NCBI GenBank assembly: GCA_964016885.1
Contig: CAXHJY010001189.1
Span: 62,001-126,000, forward strand
Direction of reading: 5' to 3'
Origin: Eledone cirrhosa
Lineage: Eukaryota
DNA: 64,000 nucleotides
Part shown: positions 23,487 through 37,235 of the stretch, piece by piece
Numbering within the stretch: position 1 is the stretch's first letter
How the letters are laid out: each line of letters starts with the position of its first letter
Notes under the pieces: generated by a model
Told to the model about the DNA's origin: nothing
Database searches by the model: none
The model's input: only the letters and a program-made list of their open reading frames with translations
Translations under genes and position numbers: made by a program

Positions 23487-24789
23487 TTAAGGTACTGCTT
23501 CTCCACATTCAACTGGTCTGCCTGATCAATTTCAAGGTATAATGTTAATGTGTCGTCATAAAGATACGGTGCCATGAGGCCAGCCACATATTTGATGCCT
23601 TGCAGTGTGGCGACTAATTTTATCTTTCTAATCCAGGTGATAACATCCCTCTTAACACTGAAGGTTTTGACTGCATCGCTACCTATTCTTATTTTCATTA
23701 CCATATTGTCTGCAAGGTCGGAGAAAATAAGTAGGGAAGAAAGAAAAAAAACCTGCCGAAAATTGCTTGTATTAGGAAACAAACTGACCTACCTTTGCGT
23801 CCCCACACATCAGGACTGAATCCCCCTGCGCGGATGTTCACTTGTTTTATATCCAACCAAAGAATATAGCAAGCCTCACACACTCATAAACACGCATGTC
23901 CAACCAGTACAGCTTCCTGACAAAGGAGAGGCTGAAAGACCACATGTACTTCTGAAGTGACATCACTAGTCCCTCGCTTCTGACAAGACGTCCCCTGCAC
24001 TTCCAGCACCTTAGTCCCACATTACCCTAGTTTCTTTAGCCACCACCAGATGACAAATCGAGGTACTCTAGATTAACGAAAGCTAAATATAGCAACTTAT
24101 TCTTGACAAGGAACTTCTCTTGTAGTTGACTCATTAGGAAGAGGGGCCATCTGCAGTACTTCTCCCAGGCACAAAACAAAACTGCATCTCTTTCCCTAAT
24201 TAGCTGTGCTAATTATATATATATCTATATATCCGCACACACATGTACATATACACAATTATGGACTTTTAATATCTTGTCTAATTAATAAGATGACCTA
24301 CTGATGGGAGTCAGCTTCTTTACATTACTAATTATCCATTTAATTATGGCAGTTCTGTTTTCTAAAGACTCGAAACAATGTAGTCTAGGACTAATAGCAC
24401 TATATAATGTAAGTAATATTTTTAATGTTCTGCTTAGTTCTATCTCATCAAGATGGATTAACAGATTAAGACCAGAATGAAAAGGAGACACAAAAGAGAA
24501 CAGGTAGTCATTGAGGAAGTCACAATGTGTGACAAAAGAACTTTGATGAATTAACCAATAAATAATAATAAAGATAAAGGTGATAAAGTAAATAAATAAT
24601 AATAAAGAAAAAGGTGAAAAAGTATTTTTTTTATTGGACTGGCAACATGACCATCCTTAAATATAACAATATTGGTTTCAAACATGATTTCACATCAAGT
24701 ATCTTCCAGAACAAACACACACACACACACACACACATATTTACCTCTGCATATATACATCTGCACACATACATACATACATACATACA

Positions 24790-25780
24790 TTAAACCAATT
24801 ATAACATCTACTCACAAAAATGGTCACAGAAATGGATCCAAATGTATCCCCAGATCTTTTCTTTGTAGACAGCTTTGTATGAGCCAAAATATGAAGCACA
24901 TCAAAAAGTCATAGAACCCGATTATTCAATTTTCTACAAACATTGGAATGAAGTCTGAGACAAATCTCTCTCCCAAGAACATTGAAAGACTACTTAATAT
25001 TTGAACAAAATGAAAATCAAAATGGACCAATTCACCAAGAGGGTTGTACAATGGTATTTGAGATGAAAAACAGACCATAGAGATGATAAATAGTACTAAG
25101 GAGTTCCGACAAGTTCATAACATCCCACTTTGAAGGATATTTCCATGCAGTCCAGGATCAAGAAATCCTCACCATGTTCCTACTGTACAAAAGAGGAAAG
25201 TCATCAGTGGCCAATAAATGTAGGCTGTGAAAAACAAAGATTGAAGACATTTGCCACATAATTGACAACTGAGAAAGACCGTCTTCTTGTTACTACCTCC
25301 CCATCAGGTATGATGTGATAGCTAGAAGGATCTGGAATATGTTATGAAAGATGAAAATCAAATCAAACGGGGAGGAATATGTCGAGACTTTTAGCTCAAA
25401 CGAATACTGGTGGAACCTAAAAAAAGAAACCACCATCAAATTAAAGCACAACCAGCCTGATATTGTTGTTGAGGACCACACATTGAAACCATGCTCTGTT
25501 GAAGTTAGCTTCATACCTATTATTATTGGGGCTACACGTTATATACTAACCCACCTGGATGAAAAGTATAACTGAATCCCGATTTATAGAGAAAGAACAT
25601 AGTTCCTAAATTCATAATAATCTTCAAATGACCGTGATATCTGGAACTTTCAAAATTTGCTTACATTATTAAGGATGAATGCTTACACAAGAGATGATGA
25701 CAATTTCTTAGAGATAACAAACAGTACTAAAGGCCTGACATGGAGTTCCAGCGAGTTCATAACATCTCATCGGAAAGGTA
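24790..25780 (+). mobile_element. R4/Dong-like (RLE-bearing) non-LTR relic
   Basis: Broken motifs EGYFHAVQDQEI, CRL*...E...HI, RYDV, EYWWN...KHNQPDIVV. Confidence 0.65.
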
Positions 25781-26649
25781 GCCGGTCAAAAATAAACTCA
25801 AAATGAAGAAAAAGAGAGAATACATACATACACACATACTATCTCAACATGACCTCAATCATTCCTGAAAATCTACACTAACCCATGTGCACATAAGTGA
25901 CTTTTTAATCCAACAACCAATTTACAAAGTCTCTGGTACAAGCACCAGATTCATACTAATGTTTGTATTGGATTTATTGAATTATGTGGAATTTTGTGTT
26001 GTTTAACTTTCACATGGTGTTTTAACCTGGAGGTTGTCTTACATATTTTGCCACAAATTGGACAAGTAGTGACATCTGGAGGTGCTGGGAGATTTGTAAC
26101 ATAATCTGCTTGTTTTGTTCATGCATTTTCATAAACAAAATTGGCTTTAGAGAGAAGGACAGTCAAAGAAATTGTAATTTCAATGATCAACATTTTCACA
26201 ATCTCTACCAACTCATCCTTTTTTAGTGTTTGTTTTAGCTCTGCTTTTGCCTTTTTCATTTCATTCAATAATTGACAGCCTGATTTAATTGTCTTTCTCC
26301 AAGTACTATGATGAAACAATTCTTTTGCCAATTGATTTGTACCTAAACCCAGAATTTTGACATTTTTTAAAAATACCATTTTTATACCTTTCCTTGAGGT
26401 TATGCTGTGGTTTTTTTCCTTGCTCAAGCAAAAAATTTCCTTCAGAAAACTCGCTTCATTCATGCGAACAAGATGTTCTACCAAGCACTTGAGTCAATGA
26501 CAATGGAACTAATTGTAGAGCACCCCAATCTTTGTAAAAATTATCTATCAGGTGTCATGCTTGTGTATTTAATACTTAGGATCCACCAGTATTTTGAAAT
26601 GCCGATGGTGAGTAGTCCATGTTTCACACCCATACAAAACTAAGCACAC

Positions 26650-27230
26650 ATGTCTCATACATTTTTTTTTGTCCTCAATGTTATGCTACTGTTTGACCTC
26701 ACCCTTTTTACTAATTTTCCAAATGCAGTGCTTATGAAGATGCATTTCTGCATTTAGATTCTCATCCCTTGACAGAGTACTACCCAGATATTCAAAAGCA
26801 TCCACTACTGCCAACAAAGTTTCCCTAGTATTGGGGTTACATCACATCGGTCTTAGTTAAGCTTATAGTGAACCCTAAAAGGATACATGCTTCAGAAAAT
26901 GTATTCATTAAGTATCGCATGTCTGCTTCTTTGTGTGCAACAAAGTCCACCTCTTCAGCATAGAAAAGTTCTTGAATCAACACGTTAAATGACATCACCT
27001 TAAATTAAACCCCAGATATTCGGAAATCTAGATTTATGCCTCAATTTACAGTTGTGAAATAAATAAGTAAGGAATATTGCAAAGTGTTGGAGCAAGAATG
27101 TCTCCTGGTTAACCTCATTGTCCACAAAAATTTGTTCTGAAAGTTTTCCATTAAATGCAACAATGACCTTCACATTTCAATGTAGTTCTTTGAAGATATG
27201 CAAAAAGTTTTTCTGGACAGCCTGATTTAC
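26650..27230 (-). mobile_element. Decayed RTE/BovB-like RT relic
   Basis: Reverse complement reads LIQELFYAEEVDFVAHKEADMR, a degenerate (Y/F)ADD region. Confidence 0.55.
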
Positions 27231-29723
27231 CTGTGAGGTTGTGTTTCTGATTTCTTTAATAATCAGTGGAACTCCACAATCCTTTGATTGCATAGGGACA
27301 TGATATGATTGAAGGCCAAATGATTGTCATAATAGGGTATAAAAGGTTTTACTGTCATTACTATTAAAAGCTGCTTGCACTTGAGACATACATATACTCA
27401 CACACACATCGTTTTATGTCCTTTTCCAACACTTCATCCCTCCACTCGTGTTCCTTTGTCATCTTGTCTGAACTCTAGTGATTTCGGACGACCTCTCACA
27501 AATATATATATAATCAATTGATTATATATTGTTAGCAAGGGTTGGGCAGGTCTTCACAGACTGAGTCAGTACTAAAGAGAGGTATTAAATTTCCAGACAG
27601 GCCAGACACATCTACATCTCATTTACATATGATCCCACATTCTACAGAGTACATTTTATCATGGCACTAGCACTAGAGATGTCATGTCTTGGACACAACT
27701 GATTGGTCTTCCCTACCCTTCGTTTGGCAAGCTTTCTGTGGTTGGATAACCTTCCTATCACCAACCACTTTACAGCATGTAATGGGTACATCTATCATTT
27801 AGATCACCAACACTAGGAATGATATCATGACCTTGACACAAAAGTTTAAGGTAGGTTATTACTTCCTAATGAAATATGCCTGTGCAAAATTGAGGTTTAT
27901 TGTGTCTGTATTCCTCAAGTATGTTTTTTCTTATGTTTCTTCCACATTTTTCCATGAGTGGGAGCACTGCTTTTGGAGGTGTTGCTTTGTGGAGCCAATG
28001 TAGTCATGTGCTCCCTGTGATACGACAGATCAATGTTGATTGAGTTTTATTTTTCTCAGGTCTTTCATCTCTTCTCTCCTTCTCCATCTGACGACCTGGA
28101 CAGTTATTGATGTTCCCATTGGTGTTGCTTCTTTTGTCATTGGCATGAGTCTGTGAGCTATTATGGTTGATGCTAGCACTATAGATAGTTGCATTGGCAT
28201 ATGGTATCTGAGACTGCCTAACCCCATTCCTCTTACATACAAGTTCCACAAAGTGTTGTTCATGGCCTCTCTTTGATAGTGGCTTTCCGACATCAGTCTG
28301 TATGGATCTTGCTGAGGTGGCCACATGGTGTTTTAAACTTTGTGGGTATGCAGCCTGGGCGAAGAAAGATATCTTTATTCGCTTCTTTTTCTTATAGATG
28401 TTGACGGCACTTCCAGAAACCAATAATATGGTGAATTCAAGCAAGAGCAAAGAACTATCAGCTGTTTGATATTTATTCAATGTCAAACATTAGGATTTCA
28501 TGCTGTGCATGGAATGCTTCAGGTAGTTTCTCAGCCACATACCTGGAATGAGTGGTGGATCATCTCCATATATCCTGTATAGAATGATGTGTTGCACAGA
28601 CTGTAGTGCTCATATTTTGAGGCTATTATACATAGATGTTACCCCCATCGCTCATGTCCATTCCCTAGGCTGCTCTTCCATACATGCCTCAGTCCATGGT
28701 GTCTTTTTACATCATGGATCACAGGCCTCACACACCAAGACTGAGCAGAGTCTGATTTTCTGCCTTGTGTCCAGTTTACCCAATTTCTTTCGTCTTACAC
28801 ACATACACTCGTGCTTATTTCTCTACCCCTAGCCATTGTCACCTTTATCTCGTTTGTTGTCACACACGCACATTTGCCCCATAGGTTCCTATGGCTCTGT
28901 TATGGTCTGAAACACAATCTTACAGCGTATACAGACCAACAAAATACACACCTCTACATTTACCTTCACAGCTTAAACACGCACACATTTGCTCACAACT
29001 TCTTACTTATAAATGTGCGTACACGTACAGCTCTATATACAAAACGTTTTTTTTCCCCTTTCCGATAGACATGCTCAATCACTACCTTTTAAAACATGAT
29101 TATCTTACACAAGATGCCCGCATCAAGTCTTCCTAGAAATGGCATCATGATGGACCTGTTATTATTCACTAGAATTTCTTTTTTCCTTTCTGCCACTGCC
29201 CATTTTCTATTTTTTCTTTAATATCTCATTCTATTTTCTGATGAAGGACTAGTGTCTGAAACATTAAGACTCTTTTCCTACTATACCATGCATAAAACTA
29301 ATAATATATATTTTCATTGTACTGTCGTTTGCTTTGTTATTTCTATTTTATTTTTTGCATACATATATATATCTTCTTGAATCCATGCAAAAAATTCTTG
29401 TTCCAGACTTCCTGATCTCTCATTGCAGTAAGAAGATCTTGTCCAGTGAGGCCAGTGTTCACCACCCCTGGTTATGTTTGGACATCCTACTAGGCAGTTT
29501 CCATCTGGTTACCAGAGAAGCAGGTTCCCTGCAGGATCAAACTCATGGCAGATCATCATAAAGAACTTTGTTGATAATATGACTTTACCACAAAATGTTG
29601 ATCACCACATGTAACATTTTGGTGTAGGAACCATCAAGTCTTCTTGAGCGAGTGACTTTGAGAATCCAAGATTCTGAAGCATATAGTAAGATAGTTTTGA
29701 CCGTAGATTTGAAGACCTTATAC

Positions 29724-30014
29724 TAGGCATGGGCAACCTTTTTCGAGAAGCAGGCCACATGAGATATGGCCCATCATCAGGCGGGCCACAAGCACTAATT
29801 TACATTCATGCCACATAAAAAAGGGGGGGGGTGTAACTGAGGTTGTTTTGATTTGTTTCTTCAGAATTTGTACACGTTTTCCTCGTTTGTAAAAATGATA
29901 GAAAGATAAATTATGACTGAAAAGTTGGGATAAAAAAAAATCAGAAAGATTTCACTTAGGTGACTTAGGCAAGCCATTCAGAAATCTTCGCAGGCCACAG
30001 GTTGCCCATGACTG
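29724..30014. mobile_element. hAT (Charlie-like) MITE
   Basis: TIRs TAGGCATGGGCAACCT / AGGTTGCCCATGACTG; 8-bp TSD CCTTATAC / CTTTATAG; a related copy at ~50371-50516. Confidence 0.75.
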
Positions 30015-31580
30015 CTTTATAGTTTGTGGATCTTAGGATGGGAGCTTTCCAAACTTTTTGTAGTGAATTTATTGCACTCCATGTTTGACCAATTCTGGTG
30101 GTCATTTCATGCCAAGTGTAACCACCCACATATTTAAATCCTTGAACCTATTTAATTAGACGACTTTGGTGTTGTGAACACCAGTGGCTTTCCAGATCAC
30201 TGACTTAATTCAACAATAGGTTGACACAGCCGCTTCAGTTAACAGAAAAATCTATGAGTATGCAGATGTGGCAAGCACAAAATGAAGTTGAATATAAGCA
30301 CCAAAGTTCAAGTCATTGATTTGTAGTCCTTCAAAGAAAATCAGAAGATACTACATCAGCATTAGATGACAAGCCTCGCCTCAACCCATTAAGGCAGCAA
30401 GGCTCTGAAACTTGACCAAAGGAATGACCTTTCTAGACCAAACCATTCCTTCAAATTGGCTACTCTGAACTGCAAGTCACTACAATCCGACTCTTCACGA
30501 GCTGAACTCGACAAAATGATGCAGGATTACAACATATTTATACACACATTTTCTTTTCCAATAAGTGTGAAACTAGTAAAAAATTTTATGTTATTACATC
30601 TCTGTCTTGTTTATCTTGAACTATCTATACATTTATATATTTTTGCGTGATCAGCAGGAATCAGGGTAGTAAGAAACTAATCTCAATAATATAACATACA
30701 TACCTTTCTATACATATAGCAGGCAGGAAATATTTCACTTCAAAACTAGTAATAAAATAGAACCTACAAGTGGTAGTTTTCTTCACTTATCTTCATCTTT
30801 GATTAATCTCTTATTAAGCGAAAAGACAACTTCTGTACTGAGTTATATGTACAAACCAACTTCAATAAACTAACTATAAGATCTGAATAGTTGAGAGTTT
30901 AATGTTTTAGTTTAGAATAAAACTAATAGGTACCTGAAATATCAGCTAGAGATCTGTGTTTAAAACATGATAATAGTTCATGCTGTGAAGAAGTAAATTT
31001 CCCTAAATTCAGCTTTGACTGTAGCCATAGTAGGAGTAATACAGAAATATGACTTTTCTAACTTTTTTCATTTCCCTACTTTCAATGAAATATACTTGTT
31101 TCAATTAATTAGTGAAGAATTTGAAAAGATTTACTAAAATTATTGTTTTAAGATGAAAAGGTTTTTATATCAAAGCAGACATGTGGTCAGAATATTTAAA
31201 GAAAAAGTTTACAGAACAGATTTAATGGGCAAAACTAACAAGCAGGAGACCCAGGAGTACACCATGAGGAAGATGGTTGGATAACATCCATGAGCTCACT
31301 TTGGAATCCAGCCGGATCAATTGAAAACAATTGCTTCTGACAGGACCTGCTGGAAGGTGTGCTTGACGACTCTCCCTCCAAGGAATAAGTTAGTGAAGAA
31401 GAAGAAACAAAGATAGTTTGGAGAAGGTTGTTAACAAAAGGTTTTGGGCAGGTTAGTATCAAAATGGCTACAACTTGTTAAGTTTTACTAAATTCTTGCA
31501 ATAGAAAGAGATGGTGCCATGTTAATGTTTGAAAGCAGAGAAAATTGGGTTAGTGAGCTTCAAAATAAGAAAAATGTTAC

Positions 31581-31676
31581 CTATTTTCCCTTCTGATGCC
31601 ATTTCCACAATAAGATCATCATCTCCTGTATTTGCATCCAAAATATCATCTAGCACATTCACAACAGTGTCGTTTC
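31581..31676 (-). CDS. YTHDC1: YTHDC1 coding exon 2 (GNDTVVNVLDDILDANTGDDDLIVEMASEGKI)
   Basis: AG/GT bounded, 96 nt, phase 1-1; NVLDDIL matches the conserved N-terminal motif of YTHDC1. Confidence 0.85.
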
Positions 31677-34600
31677 CTAGGAAACAAAATATCATCCATA
31701 CATATCAATAAAGATCAAATATTCTAATAAATAGTTAGTTTTCATACTCCTAAAACAATATATAAAACTATGATCAGGAGCAGGAAATTAGGTTGTTGTT
31801 TTTTATTTATTTATTTATTTATTTATTAGAAAGTATCTAAAGTGTTATTTTACATGGAATAAACAAAATAAAAAATAATCGTACATAAACAAAAGAAAAA
31901 AGAAAAGGAAACAAAAATAAGACTAAGAAAGTATTTTTATAGTTTAAATTCATTTTGTTAGTCTAATACTGAAAAAATATAATCTGGGGGGAATTTTATA
32001 TGAAGTAACTTCAATTAAGGAATATTTTATTATTTGAATTCAATTAGTTGATACCTCACACTGGGGATTTTACTTTTTTTTTAATTATTTTGTTAAACGA
32101 TAGAAAACAAAGAATGTTTTCCATTTGGGTAGTAGTTGACTTAATCTGCCATCTAGTTTTAACACCACCACCTGGGTGCCTTTAGCAGCAACTAATCTGT
32201 TGGCAGCATTTGAGCCAAGTATTCTCTTACTATTCTCAGAGTTACTGTTAAAAACCATGGATATTACTGAAGACTTGAGTTGGGTGAGTCAACAGACTTC
32301 ATTGCCAGGATTATGGATGAGACAAGCAAAACCAAAGACCAATATTTTTGAAAACAGTACTGCTACTACTCATGAGAATGGTAGTGGTGATGCAAATGAT
32401 TGATTTTTGCTAAGAGAAAGTTGATTAAATCAACCTCAAAACATACACAATTTATTATTGCTGGCAGGAAACTGTACAATGTTAAAGCTAAATGAATCAT
32501 AAAACATACAAATAAATAATTCTCCACCAGTTTTAATAGGTATTCTAATGATTTAATCAACAGGCATAGTCAAATAACACAGATGGTTTCATCACAATGG
32601 ACAATACTTTTGGTATATTCCACTATATATAGCCTTGGATTGACCCAAACTTTGTCAGTGCAAGTAGGTAAACTGAAGGCAAGTTTGTCAAACTAACTTG
32701 TCACAAAGATTCTGCCTGAAAATTATGTTAACACTTTCATTTGCATATCTCTAATGAAATATATTACCTATGCCTGTCAATTCATTTTGAAAAATAACAA
32801 AATACTTGAAGTTGAATAAAATAACTAAGTTTTTCATTAGTAAGCTGATATTTAGAACATTACCTAAAATTTCTATAAAAAAAAAAAAAAGAAAAAAGAT
32901 TTTGATAGAAAAATAAACTTTTTAAAATGAGTAGTTTTTTGTGTCATAAATCCAGGGTGGTTTCAGGTGGTTTGGTAACAAGAGTGAAGTGAACACATGT
33001 GTGTGGAATACTTAGCCACTTACATGCTAATTCAATAAGTAATTCAGTTGAAACCAATTGTATACAACAATATTTTAATTTTGTTTACATCTTCTGAAAG
33101 GTAATGGTATTGTTGAAGAAGCAAATATATATATAAAGGTTGGATAATATCCAATGCTAATTAATTAGAAAAGAGATATCACAGATAAATCATAAATATA
33201 TTAGTGTATAATGTGTGTATGCATGAGTGTGTGATCAAAAATGATATAAGGGGTAGGGAAGATGACTGATGAATATCAAGGAAGAACAGAATGAAAAACT
33301 GAAAAGTAGCAGACAGAAAAGATACAAAATGTGATAAGTATCAGAAACAGATTACTGTTTCAGACAACACTGAAAAAGTATCAAATAGAAGGAAATTAAA
33401 GTAATTTCAAAGAGTGGTAATTAAAAGATATGATGATGGAGGATAATGACTGAAAGAGTCTAGAGTGGCACTCCAATGACTGACTGCACCAGTTGCAGGA
33501 ACATGATTGATGGAGGATATAAGGGATTTGCAAAAATAGATTCACAACATTAAAAGTAAATGTGGTGAGAGACTGAAGGCTACAGAGTCTGGCGATTGAA
33601 CAGAGACATTATAGAATATGAAGACTCTTCAGTGTGGCCAAACATGTGTGACCCCTCTAGTGTTGATGCCAAAACAAAACACACCTAGTTGACCTTGTAA
33701 AGTGGCAGTGCCATGAAAAAAAAACACCCAGTCCACTCTGCAAAGTGGTAGTGCTGGTGCCATGAAAAATATGCACCCAGTCCATTCTGTTCTACCTCCA
33801 TCTTGACTAGTCTTAAATTTAGCAAAAGATTTAAGAACATTGTAATCTCTTAATATCTAAAATTTCCCATTTAAAAAATAATAAAATGAATAAAAGAAAC
33901 ATTGCATTATAGAATAAAGATTTCCACAAGATATATCAAATTTGAATAGAACAGAAAAATTTAGTTGACAGAAATTACCTAATATATAAAACTAAAAAGA
34001 GAGAAAAAAAAAACCCATTCAGCACAAAATTTATTACAAAACAATTGATTTCTATTTCGAAGTACATACTTCTTTAAAAATATATCTTGTCATAAATGTA
34101 AAACAGTGAAATAGAATAGTTTTAACCATTTTGTGACCATATTTCTATGGAGGAATTTACTAAGGTACTATTCACATAAAATTATGATGGAAGGTTTTGA
34201 AATAAATATAAACAATTTTCTAGTGTATAACAAGGACAGTTTTAGGTGGTTTGGTATCAAAAGGGCTAAATGACTTATGTGAGTGCAAGAAGTCAAGCCT
34301 GAGGAATATGCTTATCTTGAATGACAAAGGAGAGTAGATCTCCAGTAGATGTGAGACCCTATTGTTGAGTGACATAAGAGAGTAGACATTCAGTAGATAA
34401 AGCTCTATAGAAGTCATACTAGTGGCCATTAAGGAGAGAGAGATTGAAAGTGTTGAAAAATGTAGTTAATCACTATTTCCTTTACTTTTCAGATAGTGGA
34501 AATGTGTACAATAGGACAATAGTTGGCAGGTCAGAGTAGTTGTTTTTGGTTCTGCCATACACCGCAGCGTTGTCCAAAAGGTTGGGGTGTGTCTCTGTGG

Positions 34601-35394
34601 AAAGACAGATTGGGGAATTTGGTGAGTATAAGGGTTAGCTCTAGGGTGCACTGTTTGAAGGTATTAGAAGAGAAATTATCAGGGTTGGTGCCCTTATTGG
34701 TTTTAAATGACCAGAAGTACTTTTGCATTTAGTATGTATAAATGTGGTAAGCCTGGTGAAGTAGAAGTGGGTAGATTTGAAGGAGTGTGCATGTGGTATT
34801 GGATACTAAGTGAGCAGCAAAGGTGTACTGCTTACAGAAACATCATGTCCCACAAGGTGAGCAGAGATCCTTTTGGCAACTGATCAGAAGAAGCAACTGC
34901 AATTTGAGAAGTGACAATGCTTCAGGGCTCTGCTATGCAAAGAGGCATACTTTGCAGTTCAGCAAGTTGTCTTGCAAGAAAACTCAACATTTATTTAAAA
35001 AAATACACATGAATGTTAATTAAAGCTTCAGGATAAGTGTCTATTTATCATCACAAGAAACATTCAATGTTATCAGTTAAACAAATCAAATACTTTTTAC
35101 ATAATTTCAGTTTCACTTCAATATTTATACTGGACAGTTCTTATTTTATATATTTCTGATATAACACAACAGGAGTTGTTTTTTAATTTGTGTTTAAATC
35201 ATCTAAGAAAAAAAGTACCAGTTCAGCAGGCATGAAATCATGTACAGCATTAAGTAATAAGTTAAGCATGGACTTCTTAGAGCTGTCAATGATCTCTAAA
35301 AGCAAAACTTAAGATTAATAAAACATTCATTAGAATTTTGAAAGTAATGTTAGATTAATTTAGTCTGCTTCAATGCAGGTTTTTAGACTATGAA

Positions 35395-35494
35395 TAGGTT
35401 TGGCATATAAACCCCTAGATTTGAAAAAAGAGGACAGGATTACCTGTGGGAAATAAACTTTTTCCATCTCTAGGGGCTTATATGCCCAACTTGT
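35395..35494. repeat. ~100-bp hairpin/MITE
   Basis: GGTTTGGCATATAAACCCCTAGA / TCTAGGGGCTTATATGCCCAAC. Confidence 0.7.
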
Positions 35495-35578
35495 TTGATA
35501 ATTTTTCATAGTATAAAAAACCATGTTTACATTAAGTTAACATACTTTCAAAATTGAAAACTTGCTCAATAAGTTCAA

Positions 35579-35940
35579 AGGGAATTGAGAAAGGTGATGT
35601 AGTAAGTAAAAAGTGGGAGAAGCAGGAAAATAAAAGAATGATTGTTACCATAGTAATTTATCAGTCCCAATATTTCAGATTTACCATCCACTATCAAGAG
35701 GGATCTGTAGTGGGTGAAATCTGAGATTGTCTTTCCTGGTTGCTTCAAGATAAACAGCAACCAGGTAAGACAAACTCTGATTTCTCTGAGGTCTACCCTA
35801 ATGGATCCTGCTTGATAATGGATGGTATCCCTGAAATATTGGGACTAATAAATTACTAAGGTAACAATCAGTCATTCTTGCCCTTCTATTTTCCTCCGCC
35901 TCCTCATGTTTTCCTTTCTACCTTACCTCTCTCAATTCCT
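35579..35940. repeat. ~360-bp imperfect palindrome
   Basis: Centre TGTCTTTCCTGGTTGCT-11nt-AGCAACCAGGTAAGACA; arms pair well out to 35639/35870 and more weakly to 35579/35940. Confidence 0.85.
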
Positions 35941-37124
35941 CCCAGACTTATTGCCTTGGTATTTCAAATCCACCTGCATTGTACAGCTTCCTAAACATAT
36001 CACTAAAGTTTATTTGTTTAATTAACAAAACTAGCAGAGCACAATAACCAAAGTATAGCAAAATATGAAAATATAAAAACAATGAACACAAGAAGTGTAA
36101 TAGCATGTCAAACTAAGTGAATTACAATAAAGATCATGCAAGCTAGAAGATAATAGACTGCTGTGGTGGTTGAGCTGCTGGTATATCCAATCATATTAGC
36201 AGTTACACTTGTTAAAGGTGAACAATTTAGAGGATTTCTATGTTGTCTTATTAAAAGGTTCATTGGGAATGAGGTTACATTATATACGGTATTCTCCCTG
36301 TGGTACAGCAATGGCAGTCTTAGGACAGTAAAATGAAAAGGATTGAAAAGATAACTGGTCATATCGGTTCTTTACAAGAAAATATTCAAGTGAAATTTCC
36401 TTTTCATCCTTTTGAGGTTAATAAAAACAGTACCAATCCAGTACTGGGGTTGATTATTCCTCTCTCTTATATCTTTTTTACTTCCTTTCTATCACTCTTT
36501 CTCCATCTCTAGAAGAAATCAGCTTGATCAAACCTGGAGAGGTCATGAGTTTTGCCAGATATAAAATGCCCAAAATATGCTGTATATCACTGAGGTCCCT
36601 TTATGACCTCATCAACAGTTACAGTTCCATACATTCAAGTGAAACAGATAAAGGATTATAACGAGTGTCCACACTATCTAGAAATATTTATTACTACCAA
36701 AACTTAAATGCTTTCTTAAATTTTCATAATTATCTACAGGAAAATTGACCTCTCCTGGAAAACAAAACCTTTCTACACATTTCAGATTGTATCAGGGAAA
36801 ACTATATTTTCAGAACCAAAATGTACTCATCTACCTTTATACAAGACCTCCAGCCTGCCAGCATTAGTATTGAAAATACTGCACTGTTAAACAAGGAAAA
36901 AAAAAAAAATCTGGAAGCCCCACAAAATGTGTTCACAATACACAAAAGCATTAGAAATTGAGATACCAGTGCATGTATTTCATGCTATATAAGTTAAAAA
37001 CCTCAACCAACATGAAATATAAAGGGTGTATAATACTGAACTAAGAAAAATTTGTCTCAATGAAAGACTTGAAATTATCTGATCTCTAACCACTGATAAA
37101 GATGTGTTCATAACTAACTATTAT

Positions 37125-37235
37125 CCCGCCGAGGTTAACTTTGCCTTTCATCCTTACAGGGTCAATAAAATAAAGTACCAGTAATGCACTGGGTTATTGC
37201 TGGCCTTGTGCCAAAAGTAGAAACAATTATTATTA
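37125..37235 (+). mobile_element. 5'-truncated SINE
   Basis: SINE core and tail. Confidence 0.8.

Larger units (their letters stand above)
20100..24050 (-). mobile_element. Decayed retroelement gag/ORF1-like relic interrupted by the piggyBac
   Basis: CCHC knuckle ICSRCKQTGHIANTC (~20460-20510) and a degenerate QCFRCHSPH just upstream; GC-richer coding-like sequence on both sides of the piggyBac; boundaries approximate. Confidence 0.5.

Noticed and set aside
25900-26650. ORFs 26119-26484 and 26407-26643 as host exons or a P-element-like transposase
   Set aside because: No splice-consistent fit into YTHDC1 and only a vague motif resemblance; probably a decayed transposon that I cannot classify.
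34430-35000. Penelope GIY-YIG coding relic (also ~28820-29300)
   Set aside because: Suggestive composition only; too decayed to support with motifs by eye.
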